Below are positions 1 through 9,599 of a stretch of DNA of 64,000 nucleotides, piece after piece; position 1 is the stretch's first letter, and the number at the start of each line of letters is the position of its first letter. The DNA is taken from positions 263,282 to 327,281 of the forward strand of contig JAXHMJ010000001.1 of assembly GCA_034521575.1 (NCBI GenBank), given 5' to 3'. Made by a program: the position numbers and the translations under genes. Source of the stretch: Candidatus Zhuqueibacterota bacterium (GTDB lineage: Bacteria > Zhuqueibacterota > Zhuqueibacteria > Residuimicrobiales > Krinioviventaceae). A model generated the notes under the pieces. That model was given only the letters and a program-made list of their open reading frames with translations, did not search any database and was not told where the DNA came from.

Positions 1-64
1 AAACAATATCATTATTTTTCAATGTATCTTCAAGTTTATCCATTGTAAGATTTACAGTTGCCAT
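1..64 (-). CDS. trxA: thioredoxin, 5' end only (runs off window start)
   Basis: Reverse strand from ATG at 64 reads MATVNLTMDKLEDTLKNNDIV, like a thioredoxin N-terminus; AAGGAG RBS just upstream. The CxxC would lie outside the window. Confidence 0.55.
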   Translation of the reverse strand, partial: MATVNLTMDKLEDTLKNNDIV

Positions 65-195
65 GAATGATCTCCTTTACAAAAAGTGTAACCTTTTACA
101 TATTTATTAATTAGATGTATGAATCTAAAAAAGATTCAGAAAGATTTGCTTTTTTCCGGCTTTTACAGTTAGAAGCGGATTGACAGGAGAAAGAG

Positions 196-217
196 CACCG
201 GGCAGATCTGCCCGGTG
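196..217. repeat. perfect 22-bp palindrome (REP-like)
   Basis: CACCGGGCAGATCTGCCCGGTG is self-complementary and intergenic. Confidence 0.5.
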
Positions 218-339
218 ACAGAGGAAGGCTTGTTTGCGAACCGGAATAGTAACCTTGTTTTTCCCGACCATTCACCGTTTTCATCCTAAACAGGCTCGCT
301 CAGGTCTGTGTTTCATAATGGATCAAAGGCTATACCTCC

Positions 340-750
340 ATGATGATGGTGATTGATCCGCCTGGCAATGAATCGCGCCGTATCATGACTGAACAGATGG
401 AAAAGGGTTTTTACCGGTTCTGCGAACCATTTGATTTACAGGCTCGGGTGGTGCATCGTATATCTGAGGTGAATGTAGAATCCGGCATGTGCTTTGTAAT
501 CCATGAGGATGAAGAACGGGTCGCCCTGGTGGGGCGACTGGAATCAGAGAATTATCGTCCCGGTCGGGATGTCGGCATTATTTCTTTTAATGAAACGCCT
601 TTGAAAGCAAAGGGTCAATTGACGCCCATTCAGGCTGATGTGTTTGTCACATCGCGGCCGGAAGAGGAATTGTACGATTACCGCACGGATTCGCTGCAGC
701 TGTTCAATATCGCTTCCCTGCGCGCTATCAGGATACACTTGCGGAACTGA
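340..750 (+). pseudogene. remnant of GntR/LacI-type regulator ligand-binding domain
   Basis: GRDVGIISFNETPLK resembles the C-terminal periplasmic-binding-protein-like domain of Bacteroidota-type GntR regulators. No HTH N-terminus is visible. Confidence 0.4.
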
Positions 751-1009
751 GAACGGTTTTACAGGAATGAATGCGTAAAATCGGTCCCGGCGGTACAATG
801 ATTAAAACCGATCGAACATTGATTCTGTTTAGGATAAACCGGGCGCTTTTAAATCATTCCGTTTTTTTTATCGACTATTCAAAATATGCCGGATATTTAT
901 TGCTTTATTCATCTTTTTTTAATAATGTTGTTATCTACCTATTTGCTCAAAAAAAAGTTGTTACTTTGCGTTTCGAATGGAACAGAAATAGATTTTCCCG
1001 GGAGTCATC

Positions 1010-3016
1010 ATGAAAACCTCACGCTGTTTGCTTTTTGTACTGTTTATTTCGTCAATTTTATCTGCTGCCAGCTCCTATAAATGTGTTTCACCGGACGGTC
1101 GTGTAGAGGTTACAGCCGCATTGACGCAGAACAAACGATTGGTATTCTGGGTTGATTTCAAAGATCGACCGCTCATCCAACAGTCGAATACCGGTTTGGT
1201 TTTCAAAGATATGCCTGAGATGATTTCTAACTGGCAGGTCCTTGATGCCCGGAAAACGGAATATACTCATACCTGGCAGCGTCTTTGGGGCAAACGAAAA
1301 AATGTCATGAATCACTATCGTGAGCTCATTCTTGAACTGCAGGAATCAGAAAAGCCGAACCGACATTTAAACATGCATTTCCGGGTTTATAATGACGGTG
1401 TTGCCTTGCGTTACCATATCCCCAAACAGTCTGCAATTGATTCATTTTCGTTGACGGGGGATTTGACGGAATTTGATTTGGGATTTGATTGCGATGTCTG
1501 GGCGGTCAGCTACGGCGGCTATGCCTCGCATCAGGAGTCTGAATTTTATAAACAGCGAATTGCCGACCTTGATTCTGAAACCGTGTACGGCCTGCCGATG
1601 CTCATTCAACATTCTGATTCCGTGTGGCTGTCGATTGCGGAAGCGGATTTAACGGACTGGGCCGGGATGTATCTCGGGCGCGCCGGAAATGACTATTCAT
1701 TGCGGACTTTGATGGCTCCGCTGCCCGGACATGACCCGGTGTGTGTGCGCTCTGCTGCGCCGCGCGTTTCACCGTGGCGTGTGATCATGATCGGTGAATC
1801 TGCCGGCGATTTTATCGAATCGGATTTAATCGCCAATCTGAATGACCCGTGCGCCATAGAACATACGGACTGGATCAAACCGGGAAAATGCGCCTGGGAC
1901 TGGTGGTGGTGCAACCGCTACGCCCCGGATGCGGAGTTTGAGCTGGGTTCAAATACCCGAACCATGCAGTATTTTATCGACTTTAGTTCAGAAATGAGCT
2001 GGCCGTATCAATTGGTGGACTGGCAGTGGTACGGCGAGCCGTTTCAGCCCACAGAGGATCATCCGAATGCACCGAATCCGGATGTGAATATTACCCGGTC
2101 TACAGATCAAATTGACATCCCCGGCCTGGTCGAGTATGCGCGTGAAAAGAATGTGCGCCTGTGGCTGTGGCTGGAATGGAATCATGCCGACCGGCAGATG
2201 CAGGAAGCGTTTCCGCTGTATGAAAAATGGGGCATTGCCGGCGTCAAAGTGGATTTCATGGCGCGGGATGATCAGGAGATGGTGAATTTTTATCACCGGT
2301 TGGTGAAAAAAGCGGCGGAACATCATTTGTTGGTAAATTTTCACGGCGCTTATAAACCCACCGGATTCAGTCGCACCTACCCGAATCTGTTGACCCGCGA
2401 AGGCGTTCTGGGCAATGAATATAACAAATGGAGTGACCGCATCACCCCGGAACATACTTTGACTCTGGCCTATACACGCGCTATGCTGGGCGAAATGGAT
2501 TTTACGCCTGGCGGATTTGTCAATGTGATGCCGGATTCTTTTGTCACAGAAAATAAAGCACCGTCACCGATGGTCATGGGAACCCGCTGCCGCCAGCTGG
2601 CCATGATGATCGTTTATGAGAGCGCGCTGCAGGTGCTGTGCGATTCGCCCTATAACTATCGCAACAGTCCGGCCGGTCTGGATGTGCTGCGCAATGTGCC
2701 CACCACCTGGGATGACACCAAAGTGCCGGTTTCCAATGTGGATGATTATATTGTGGTTGCCCGTAGAACCGGTAAAGACTGGTATATCGGCGCTCTGACC
2801 GACGGACAAGCCCGGACGGTGGATATTCCGTTGGGATTTCTTCAGGAGGATGTGTCTTATTCGGCTCAAATTTGGCGGGATGCACCGGACGCTGATCGGT
2901 TCCCGCAAAAACTGACAAAAAGAACAATAAATGTGATGAAAGAAACGGTGATTCAGGCTGAGATGGCGCCGGCAGGCGGATTTGTGATGCATATACAGCC
3001 TGAACAGGTGAAATAA
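1010..3016 (+). CDS. glycoside hydrolase family 97 (alpha-glucosidase/alpha-galactosidase, SusB-like)
   Basis: Signal peptide; FRVYNDGVALRY, WIKPGKCAWDWW, GVKVDFM, NFHGAYKPTG-RTYPN--TREGV-G-EY, DFTPG motifs. Confidence 0.9.
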   Translation: MKTSRCLLFVLFISSILSAASSYKCVSPDGRVEVTAALTQNKRLVFWVDFKDRPLIQQSNTGLVFKDMPEMISNWQVLDARKTEYTHTWQRLWGKRKNVMNHYRELILELQESEKPNRHLNMHFRVYNDGVALRYHIPKQSAIDSFSLTGDLTEFDLGFDCDVWAVSYGGYASHQESEFYKQRIADLDSETVYGLPMLIQHSDSVWLSIAEADLTDWAGMYLGRAGNDYSLRTLMAPLPGHDPVCVRSAAPRVSPWRVIMIGESAGDFIESDLIANLNDPCAIEHTDWIKPGKCAWDWWWCNRYAPDAEFELGSNTRTMQYFIDFSSEMSWPYQLVDWQWYGEPFQPTEDHPNAPNPDVNITRSTDQIDIPGLVEYAREKNVRLWLWLEWNHADRQMQEAFPLYEKWGIAGVKVDFMARDDQEMVNFYHRLVKKAAEHHLLVNFHGAYKPTGFSRTYPNLLTREGVLGNEYNKWSDRITPEHTLTLAYTRAMLGEMDFTPGGFVNVMPDSFVTENKAPSPMVMGTRCRQLAMMIVYESALQVLCDSPYNYRNSPAGLDVLRNVPTTWDDTKVPVSNVDDYIVVARRTGKDWYIGALTDGQARTVDIPLGFLQEDVSYSAQIWRDAPDADRFPQKLTKRTINVMKETVIQAEMAPAGGFVMHIQPEQVK

Positions 3017-3055
3017 ATTCGTACTGTTTCTGAATATCTGTGAAATGAGGTTGAA

Positions 3056-4840
3056 ATGAAGATTCATATTCTTTTTCTATTTTTACTGTTTGCTGTAAAT
3101 TTAAGGGCTATGCCGCTCATCAATGTGGATCATCGCGAAACGGTGTCCCTGAACGGCAAGTGGTCCATTGTGATCGATCCCTATCAGATGGGTTATTACG
3201 ATTATCGGTACCAACCCAGCGCCAACGGATTTTTTAAAAATGAAAAACCGCAAAAGCGCTGGGAGCGCGTAGAGTACAGCTTTGATACAGACCTGCAGCT
3301 GAATGTTCCGGGTGACTGGAATTCTCAGAAAGAATCGCTTTATCTGTACGAAGGCACTATCTGGTATCAGAACTATTTTCAGGTGCAGCCCAAACCTGAT
3401 GAACGGCTGTTCCTGTATTTCGGGGCTGTTAATTATCACGCCCGGGTCTATTTGAACGGTGAAAAACTGGGTGAACATATCGGGGGATTCACGCCGTTCC
3501 ATTTCGAGATTACCGATCAGGTCAAAGCGGGGAAAAATGACCTGATCCTCATGGTGGACAATACACGTCATATGCAAGCGGTGCCCACTGTAAATACGGA
3601 CTGGTTCAATTACGGCGGTATCACCCGACGGGTCATGCTGGTGCGCACCCATGAAACATTTATCCGGGATTACAGGATACAACTGGATCCTGAAAACAGT
3701 GAGAAAATGACGGGATTTGTGCAGCTGGACGGTGTACAAAAGAAACAAAAAATAGAAATTCATATTCCGGAGGCAGGCATCCGGGAGGCAACCGAGACAG
3801 ATGCGGATGGCCGGGCTGAAATACAATTCAATCATAATCTGAAACTTTGGTCTCCTGAAACACCAAAATTGTACGATGTGATCATCAAGACAGAAACGTA
3901 TACGCTGTCCGACCGGATCGGATTCCGCTCTATCGGGACCGAGGGAACATCGATACTGCTCAACGGTGAACCCGTCTATTTGCGTGGAATCTGTATTCAC
4001 GAAGAAGCCCCGTATGAAGACGGCTCGCGTGCTTTTTCCGAGGATCATGCGCGGATCTTGCTCGGATGGGCCAAAGATTTGGGCTGTAATTTTGTGCGAC
4101 TGGCGCATTATCCGCACAACGAATGGATGACCCGGGTGGCGGATGAACTGGGTTTGATGCTGTGGTCCGAGATACCGGTGTACTGGACGATACAGTGGAA
4201 GAACCAGCACACCTATGAAAATGCGGAAAATCAATTGACGGAAATGATCAACCGCGACAAAAACCGCGCGTCCGTGATTCTCTGGTCTATGGCCAATGAA
4301 ACGCCGCTGTCGGAAGCGCGGCTCGATTTTCTGACCTCACTGGCGCAACAGGCGCGCGCTCTGGACCCGACTCGGCTGCTCACGGCGGCCATGGAACGGC
4401 ATTACACGGACGAGTATACCCTGTTGATTGATGATCCCTTTGGTGAGGTCGTGGATGTGCTGGGCTGCAACGAATATATCGGCTGGTACGACGGGCTGCC
4501 CGCCAAATGCGATAGTATCACCTGGACGAGCGCCTACAACAAGCCCGTGATCATCAGTGAATTTGGCGCTGGCGCGCTGTACAATATGCATGGAGACTCT
4601 CTGACGCGCTGGTCCGAGGAATTTCAGGCCTCTGTTTATCGACACAATATCGATATGCTGAACAAAGTGGATTTTATTCAGGGCATGACCCCCTGGATTC
4701 TCAAGGATTTTCGCTCCCCGCGCCGCCCCCTGCCACGTATTCAGGATTTCTGGAACCGCAAGGGATTGATTTCGGACCAGGGTCAGAGGAAACTGGCGTT
4801 TTATGAGCTGCAAAAATACTATAAATGTAAAGCCGAATAA
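3056..4840 (+). CDS. GH2 beta-glucuronidase
   Basis: Signal peptide; SLNGKW, DWFNYGGITR, NFVRLAHYP, WSMANE (acid/base), ISEFGAG (nucleophile), and WNRKG (N-x-K motif typical of glucuronidases). Confidence 0.9.
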   Translation: MKIHILFLFLLFAVNLRAMPLINVDHRETVSLNGKWSIVIDPYQMGYYDYRYQPSANGFFKNEKPQKRWERVEYSFDTDLQLNVPGDWNSQKESLYLYEGTIWYQNYFQVQPKPDERLFLYFGAVNYHARVYLNGEKLGEHIGGFTPFHFEITDQVKAGKNDLILMVDNTRHMQAVPTVNTDWFNYGGITRRVMLVRTHETFIRDYRIQLDPENSEKMTGFVQLDGVQKKQKIEIHIPEAGIREATETDADGRAEIQFNHNLKLWSPETPKLYDVIIKTETYTLSDRIGFRSIGTEGTSILLNGEPVYLRGICIHEEAPYEDGSRAFSEDHARILLGWAKDLGCNFVRLAHYPHNEWMTRVADELGLMLWSEIPVYWTIQWKNQHTYENAENQLTEMINRDKNRASVILWSMANETPLSEARLDFLTSLAQQARALDPTRLLTAAMERHYTDEYTLLIDDPFGEVVDVLGCNEYIGWYDGLPAKCDSITWTSAYNKPVIISEFGAGALYNMHGDSLTRWSEEFQASVYRHNIDMLNKVDFIQGMTPWILKDFRSPRRPLPRIQDFWNRKGLISDQGQRKLAFYELQKYYKCKAE

Positions 4841-5148
4841 ATATCACGCAGAGAAGCAGAACTCGCAAAGAAAAACAAAAGTTAATATAAATTATGCTTT
4901 CAAATAGTTGGGAATCTTTAAGGGCCTGAATATTATTTTTGAATGGTTGTATTTCTATATGAATGTTTGGTTCTTGGTTTTCCCTCTGCGTCCAATGATT
5001 CCATAATTAAGTTACGCATAGAATCAGGCTTGCAAAGAAAATACTGTCTATTAGCCGGTCTTTTCAATTGCTGCTGATTTGAATTTGAAAAAATATTTGT
5101 TTTACAATGAAAAGAGTTTTCGAACTTTGACCTTAAGAAAGGACACCT

Positions 5149-6651
5149 ATGTCAACCCGACGTCAATTTTTAAAATCCGGTGCCGCGGCAGCACTGTTGG
5201 CAACTGGATGGCAGACCAAAACTGTTCATGCTGATCCGGAAAAACCGAATTTTGTGCTGTTTATTGGTGATGATATATCTGTATCGGATTTCGGCTGTTA
5301 CGGCCATCCGACCATACGGACCCCGAATGTGGATCAATTGGCTGCCGGGGGCATTCGCTTTACCAATATGTGTCTGACCACCAGTTCCTGCAGTCCCACC
5401 CGCACCAGTCTGATTACCGGCCGCTATCCGCATAACACCGGCGCGCCGGAACTGCACATGACCGATGCCCCGTATTTGAAAGACCTGCCGCAGTTTCCGC
5501 ATGAACTGCGCAAGGCCGGTTACTTTACCGCTCAGGCCGGCAAGTGGCATTTCAATGGTGACGTCACTCATTCTTTTGATCAAAAATATGAGGGGGGTGT
5601 CAGTGGAGCGGTAAACTGGGTGAAAAGTTTACAGGAACGTCCCAAAGACAAACCGTTTTTCATGTGGTTTGCAGCGATTGATGCGCATCGGGACTGGGAT
5701 TTGGCTATGACCGAAGGCCCGCATCTCCCGGAGGACGCGGTAGTGCCGCCGTATCAGGTGGACGGTGTGGGGACGCGCACGGATCTGGCGCATTATTATG
5801 ATGAAGTGCACCGTTATGATACCAATATCGGCAAGGTGGTCGATGAACTTGAAAAGCAGGGCGTCTATGAAAACACGGTGATCATTGTCATGACGGACAA
5901 CGGTCGGCCGTTTCCGCGTGACAAAACCTGGCTCTATGACAGCGGTATCAAAACACCGTTTGTCGTGCATGCGCCGTGGAAATGGAAAGAGCCTTCTGTT
6001 GTTTCCGGACTGGCCAGTACGATTGATCTGGCGCCCACCCTTCTGGAACTTGCCGGGGTTCCGGTACCGGCATCCCTGCAGGGCGTGAGTCTGCTGCCCA
6101 TGCTCGATAATCCGGATCGAACGCTACGTGATTTCGCCTTTGCCGAACGCAACTGGCACGGTCAGCGCTATCATGAGCGCATGCTGCGACATGGCGAATT
6201 CGTCTATATCCGCAATCAATTGCCGCAGTATACCGGATTCAACATTATCCATTACGGCAAACTGTTCCAGTCCGCTTATCTGGAACTGGTGGAACATCAG
6301 AAACGCGGACAATTGAACCTGGCCCAGTGTCGGGTTCTTGACAAGCCGAGGCATCCGGAGGAACTTTACAATGTAACAACCGATCCACATCAGCTGAACA
6401 ATCTGGCTCTGGAACCGGACTATGCGGAGACCCTGCAGTTGATGCGACGTGTTCTGGATCAGTGGACCGAGGAAACCGGCGATACCGTGCCCCCGGTTGA
6501 AGACATGACCCCGGACCGCAATGACCGTGAAACCTGGGAACCCATCTGGAACAGTGGCAGACCGCAAGGCGGTGTGGTGCCGGGCCAAAGTACGCAGGCC
6601 TGGACGATAAATCGACGCGGTCCGGTGCGCGCTGATGATGTAGAAGGGTAG
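5149..6651 (+). CDS. Cys-type sulfatase, Tat-exported
   Basis: Twin-arginine TRRQFLK; PNFVLFIGDD; CSPTRTSLITGRYPH (CxPxR); GKWH; TDNG; ELY---DPHQL-NLA. Confidence 0.9.
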   Translation: MSTRRQFLKSGAAAALLATGWQTKTVHADPEKPNFVLFIGDDISVSDFGCYGHPTIRTPNVDQLAAGGIRFTNMCLTTSSCSPTRTSLITGRYPHNTGAPELHMTDAPYLKDLPQFPHELRKAGYFTAQAGKWHFNGDVTHSFDQKYEGGVSGAVNWVKSLQERPKDKPFFMWFAAIDAHRDWDLAMTEGPHLPEDAVVPPYQVDGVGTRTDLAHYYDEVHRYDTNIGKVVDELEKQGVYENTVIIVMTDNGRPFPRDKTWLYDSGIKTPFVVHAPWKWKEPSVVSGLASTIDLAPTLLELAGVPVPASLQGVSLLPMLDNPDRTLRDFAFAERNWHGQRYHERMLRHGEFVYIRNQLPQYTGFNIIHYGKLFQSAYLELVEHQKRGQLNLAQCRVLDKPRHPEELYNVTTDPHQLNNLALEPDYAETLQLMRRVLDQWTEETGDTVPPVEDMTPDRNDRETWEPIWNSGRPQGGVVPGQSTQAWTINRRGPVRADDVEG

Positions 6652-6706
6652 AGAGGGGGATGACCGATAAGGATGATCAGTCATGTGCCATCGGTAAGGA
6701 CAGCGC

Positions 6707-6734
6707 GTAAGGACGATGCATGCATCGTCCTTAC
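6707..6734. repeat. 28-bp perfect palindrome, REP-like, between convergent genes
   Basis: GTAAGGACGATGCATGCATCGTCCTTAC; partial degenerate copies (GATAAGGATGATC, GGTAAGGACAG) lie immediately upstream. Confidence 0.6.
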
Positions 6735-7117
6735 TGATCATCATCCTTCCAGGTATTCAAAGACAGGATATGCACCGTCACACCGGTCGCAATTACAAAC
6801 AGCAGTCCGCGCAGCCACCAGCTTTGTACGGCCGTGAACGCGGATATGCTGATCACGATCCACAGCAGCGAGATGGATACAATTTTGTTCCTCCGGGTCA
6901 CCGCACGGTGTTCCCGGTAACGGCGAATGTATTCACCGAAATACCGGTGCCCAATCAGCCATGAATACAGACGGTCCGAACTGCGGATAAAACAGGCGGC
7001 CGACAGCAGCAGAAACGGGGTCGTGGGCAGAAGAGGCAGAACCACTCCGACCGCTCCCAGTACAAACGAGATCAATCCTGCCGAAACCAGCAGTATGTTG
7101 CGCAAAGAGTATTTCAT
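6731..7117 (-). CDS. YbaN/DUF454 family membrane protein
   Basis: GAVGVVLPLLPTTPFLLLSAACFIRSS is the YbaN signature. Confidence 0.85.
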   Translation of the reverse strand: MKYSLRNILLVSAGLISFVLGAVGVVLPLLPTTPFLLLSAACFIRSSDRLYSWLIGHRYFGEYIRRYREHRAVTRRNKIVSISLLWIVISISAFTAVQSWWLRGLLFVIATGVTVHILSLNTWKDDDQ

Positions 7118-7203
7118 TGTCCAGGGTGTTTCATTAAATGAATGACCATTAGCCTGTAACGGGCATTAATTTAAGAAATGAAACGCATAGTTGAAACAAG
7201 AGA

Positions 7204-7635
7204 TTACGCCGGTTTTCCGAAACGGTTTGTCAGCGACACGATATCTTCCATGATCATGTAAAGACACGGGACAATGATCAGAATAATGGCCGTTGAAAAA
7301 ATGATCCCGAATCCCAGAGAGATCGCCATGGGGATTAAATAATACGCCTGCCGGGAGGTTTCCAGTATGATCGGTGTGAGTCCGCCAAACGTGGTCAACG
7401 TCGTCAGAATGATCGGTCTGAAACGCCGCAGACCGGCCCGGTGAATGGCTTTAAATGCTGTTGTGTCTTTTCGCTGCCGGTTGGCATAATCGATCATAAT
7501 CAGGGAATCATTGACTACTACGCCGGACAAGGCAATGACCCCCATCAGGCTGATCAGGGAGAGATCGTATCCGAGCAGAATATGTCCGATCACCGCGCCG
7601 ACGATTCCGAACGGAATGCCCACCATCACGATCAA
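7204..7635 (-). pseudogene. RND efflux permease, C-terminal fragment only
   Basis: [18 protein letters not shown] and [18 protein letters not shown] are the last AcrB-type transmembrane helices. About 140 aa remain of a typical ~1000 aa protein. Confidence 0.8.
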
Positions 7636-7985
7636 AGGCTTTTTACATAATCTTTAGCCGGTTCAAATCCGCCTGCCAGCGCCCGGTACAGATCAATCCG
7701 GTATTCGATTAGATCCATTTGCGCTGACAGCCGATCGCGGCGCAGTCGCTGTTCATCGGTCAATGCGGTCAACACATCAATGTAATTGCCGACCCCCTTA
7801 AAGTACTCGATGCGCAATTGTCTGTAGGTCTCAACCGTCAGGGCGATCTGTGTTTCGATGCTTTTTAGCCGCTCGCTTTGTTTACGCTCCCGGATCAGGG
7901 CGGTTTCCACCTCCTGAAACGCCCGCAGGTAACTCTAGAGTCTGGCCGGGCGGACGTCCGAGCAGCAGATTGAATCGATGCTTTA
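7632..7985 (-). pseudogene. TolC/NodT outer membrane efflux protein, C-terminal fragment
   Basis: [22 protein letters not shown]...[11 protein letters not shown]; the upstream FNLLLGRPPGQ piece is in a discontinuous frame; N-terminus missing. Confidence 0.7.
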
Positions 7986-8193
7986 AAACACGCAAAAACA
8001 CAGCGCCTTTGGCTTTAGGGTTATGAGGCACAATTGAACTCGCCGGCAATTCGTACGTATATCCGGATCGATTTTATATATAATGAATGAACGCTCCCGA
8101 AAATTCACACTGCCAAGGGGCTTTGAACTTTCTTTTCCCTTAAAACTTAATTGCTTGCATCTTTCGCAAAAAATCAATAAAATCGGTATATGA

Positions 8194-8552
8194 TAAAACG
8201 CGGGGTAGCGTGTGGGGTTGTGCAGAGGCAGGAATCAACTATATCGGGTGCGGGATGTACGGCAACTTTTGCGGTGTATAATGGTGGAAATTTTTGGCCG
8301 CCTGATACCATTTCATCAATTTCCACACCTTTACCTGAACAAGGCACAGATTTGCGATATATCCGGTCATTCGGGTAAAATGGTTTAAAAATGATGGAGA
8401 TTTTACCTTTTGTTTTTAAGCAGTTGACAACACTCGGTACCCAATAGATGAATTCTCTGAATAAATTTACTTTTGCTATATTTGAAATATAAACAATTGT
8501 CCTTATATTTCCAATACAGCGGTATAAAAACAATAGAATATATACAGACGTT
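8194..8552 (+). pseudogene. array head copy 1: decayed tyrosine recombinase 3' end plus attI-like site
   Basis: [30 protein letters not shown] aligns by eye to [31 protein letters not shown]. Ends TATATACAGAC-GTT directly at the first cassette. No left attC arm is present. Confidence 0.6.
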
Positions 8553-8582
8553 ATGCCCAATTTAACGAACTTATACGATAAT

Positions 8583-9419
8583 ATGAAACAGATTGAAACA
8601 TTACATTTATTCCCAAAACTGACAGAAGAACTCTTGAAATTATTGCAAGGATTAGAGATTTCTGATTGGTTAAAGCCTTCTCCAATAAATGGAAGAACCG
8701 TTAAGGATTTGGTTTCACATATAATCGACGGTTCATTGAGAAATTTATCTATTCAACGAGACAATTTTGTGGATGATTCAAATGTTCCAAATATTAATTC
8801 GTATAAGGATTTAGTTGAGCACATTCAAAAATTAAATAAAGACTGGATGATTGTTTCGCGGAGATTAAGCCCTACAATACTTATTGATTTGTTGGAATAT
8901 TCAGACAAACAATTTTATGACTTTTTGAAAAGTAAAAATCCAAATGACAAAGCAATATTTGCAGTCGCTTGGGCTGGAGAAACTGAATCGGAAAATTGGT
9001 TTGACATAGCAAGAGAATATACCGAAAAATGGCATCATCAAATGCAAATTCGATTGGCTCTAGATAAACCAATTCTATTAGATACTGAATATTCTGAGCC
9101 ATTATACGACACTTTTATGTTTGCCTTGCCTTATTTATATCGTGATTTTACCAATTATGACAATGGAACAAAAATTAAAACCAGTTTGACCGGTAAATTG
9201 AGAAAAGATTGGGTGATTGAAAGACAAACAGATAAATGGGATTTTATTGATTTGGGAAGTTCAGATATTCATACTTCAGTAGAAATACCCGATGATATTG
9301 CGTGGATTATATTCACAAATACGGATAGGGACAAAGAGAAATATAAAACTAAGATTAAGATAATTGGAGACAATTCAATAGGATTAAAACTATTAGATTT
9401 AGTAACAGTAATGAGTTGA
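8583..9419 (+). CDS. cassette 1: MDMPI_N/DinB-superfamily (maleylpyruvate isomerase N-terminal-like) protein
   Basis: W--PS------RTVKDLVSHIID and REYTEKWHHQMQIRLA motifs. Confidence 0.7.
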   Translation: MKQIETLHLFPKLTEELLKLLQGLEISDWLKPSPINGRTVKDLVSHIIDGSLRNLSIQRDNFVDDSNVPNINSYKDLVEHIQKLNKDWMIVSRRLSPTILIDLLEYSDKQFYDFLKSKNPNDKAIFAVAWAGETESENWFDIAREYTEKWHHQMQIRLALDKPILLDTEYSEPLYDTFMFALPYLYRDFTNYDNGTKIKTSLTGKLRKDWVIERQTDKWDFIDLGSSDIHTSVEIPDDIAWIIFTNTDRDKEKYKTKIKIIGDNSIGLKLLDLVTVMS

Positions 9420-9432
9420 AAATAAAAACTGG

Positions 9433-9563
9433 GCATAACATCGTATATAAAACATTTGGCAGTCAGTGGGTTATCGAGCGTTTCAGCTCGTATCAAAAGC
9501 ACTTGTAACTTGACAGGAAAGTGCTTCGAATCGCCAAACGTTTCATATACGTAACCGTTAGTA
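9433..9563 (+). repeat. attC site 1
   Basis: R'' GCATAAC, L arms CGTATATAAAAC / TTTCATATACG, R' GTTAGTA. TGGGCATAAC is the reverse complement of the cassette start GTTATGCCCA (8550). Confidence 0.85.
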
Positions 9564-9599
9564 GCCATTTTAAAGAAATACCCCACAAATGAATAAACT

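Noticed and set aside
8424-8452. TTGACA as a Pc cassette promoter
   Set aside because: No convincing -10 box at 16-18 bp spacing, and copy 2 has TTGATA.
7983-8560. Intact or divergently oriented intI upstream of the first cassette
   Set aside because: Minus-strand ORFs 7983-8177 and 8174-8560 show no recombinase motifs; only a decayed + strand 3' fragment is recognisable.
8174-8560. ORFs within the duplicated head (8174-8560, 8190-8378, 18551-18796, 18621-18827) as real genes
   Set aside because: Differences between the two copies are mostly non-synonymous in these frames and include indels, so there is no sign of coding constraint.
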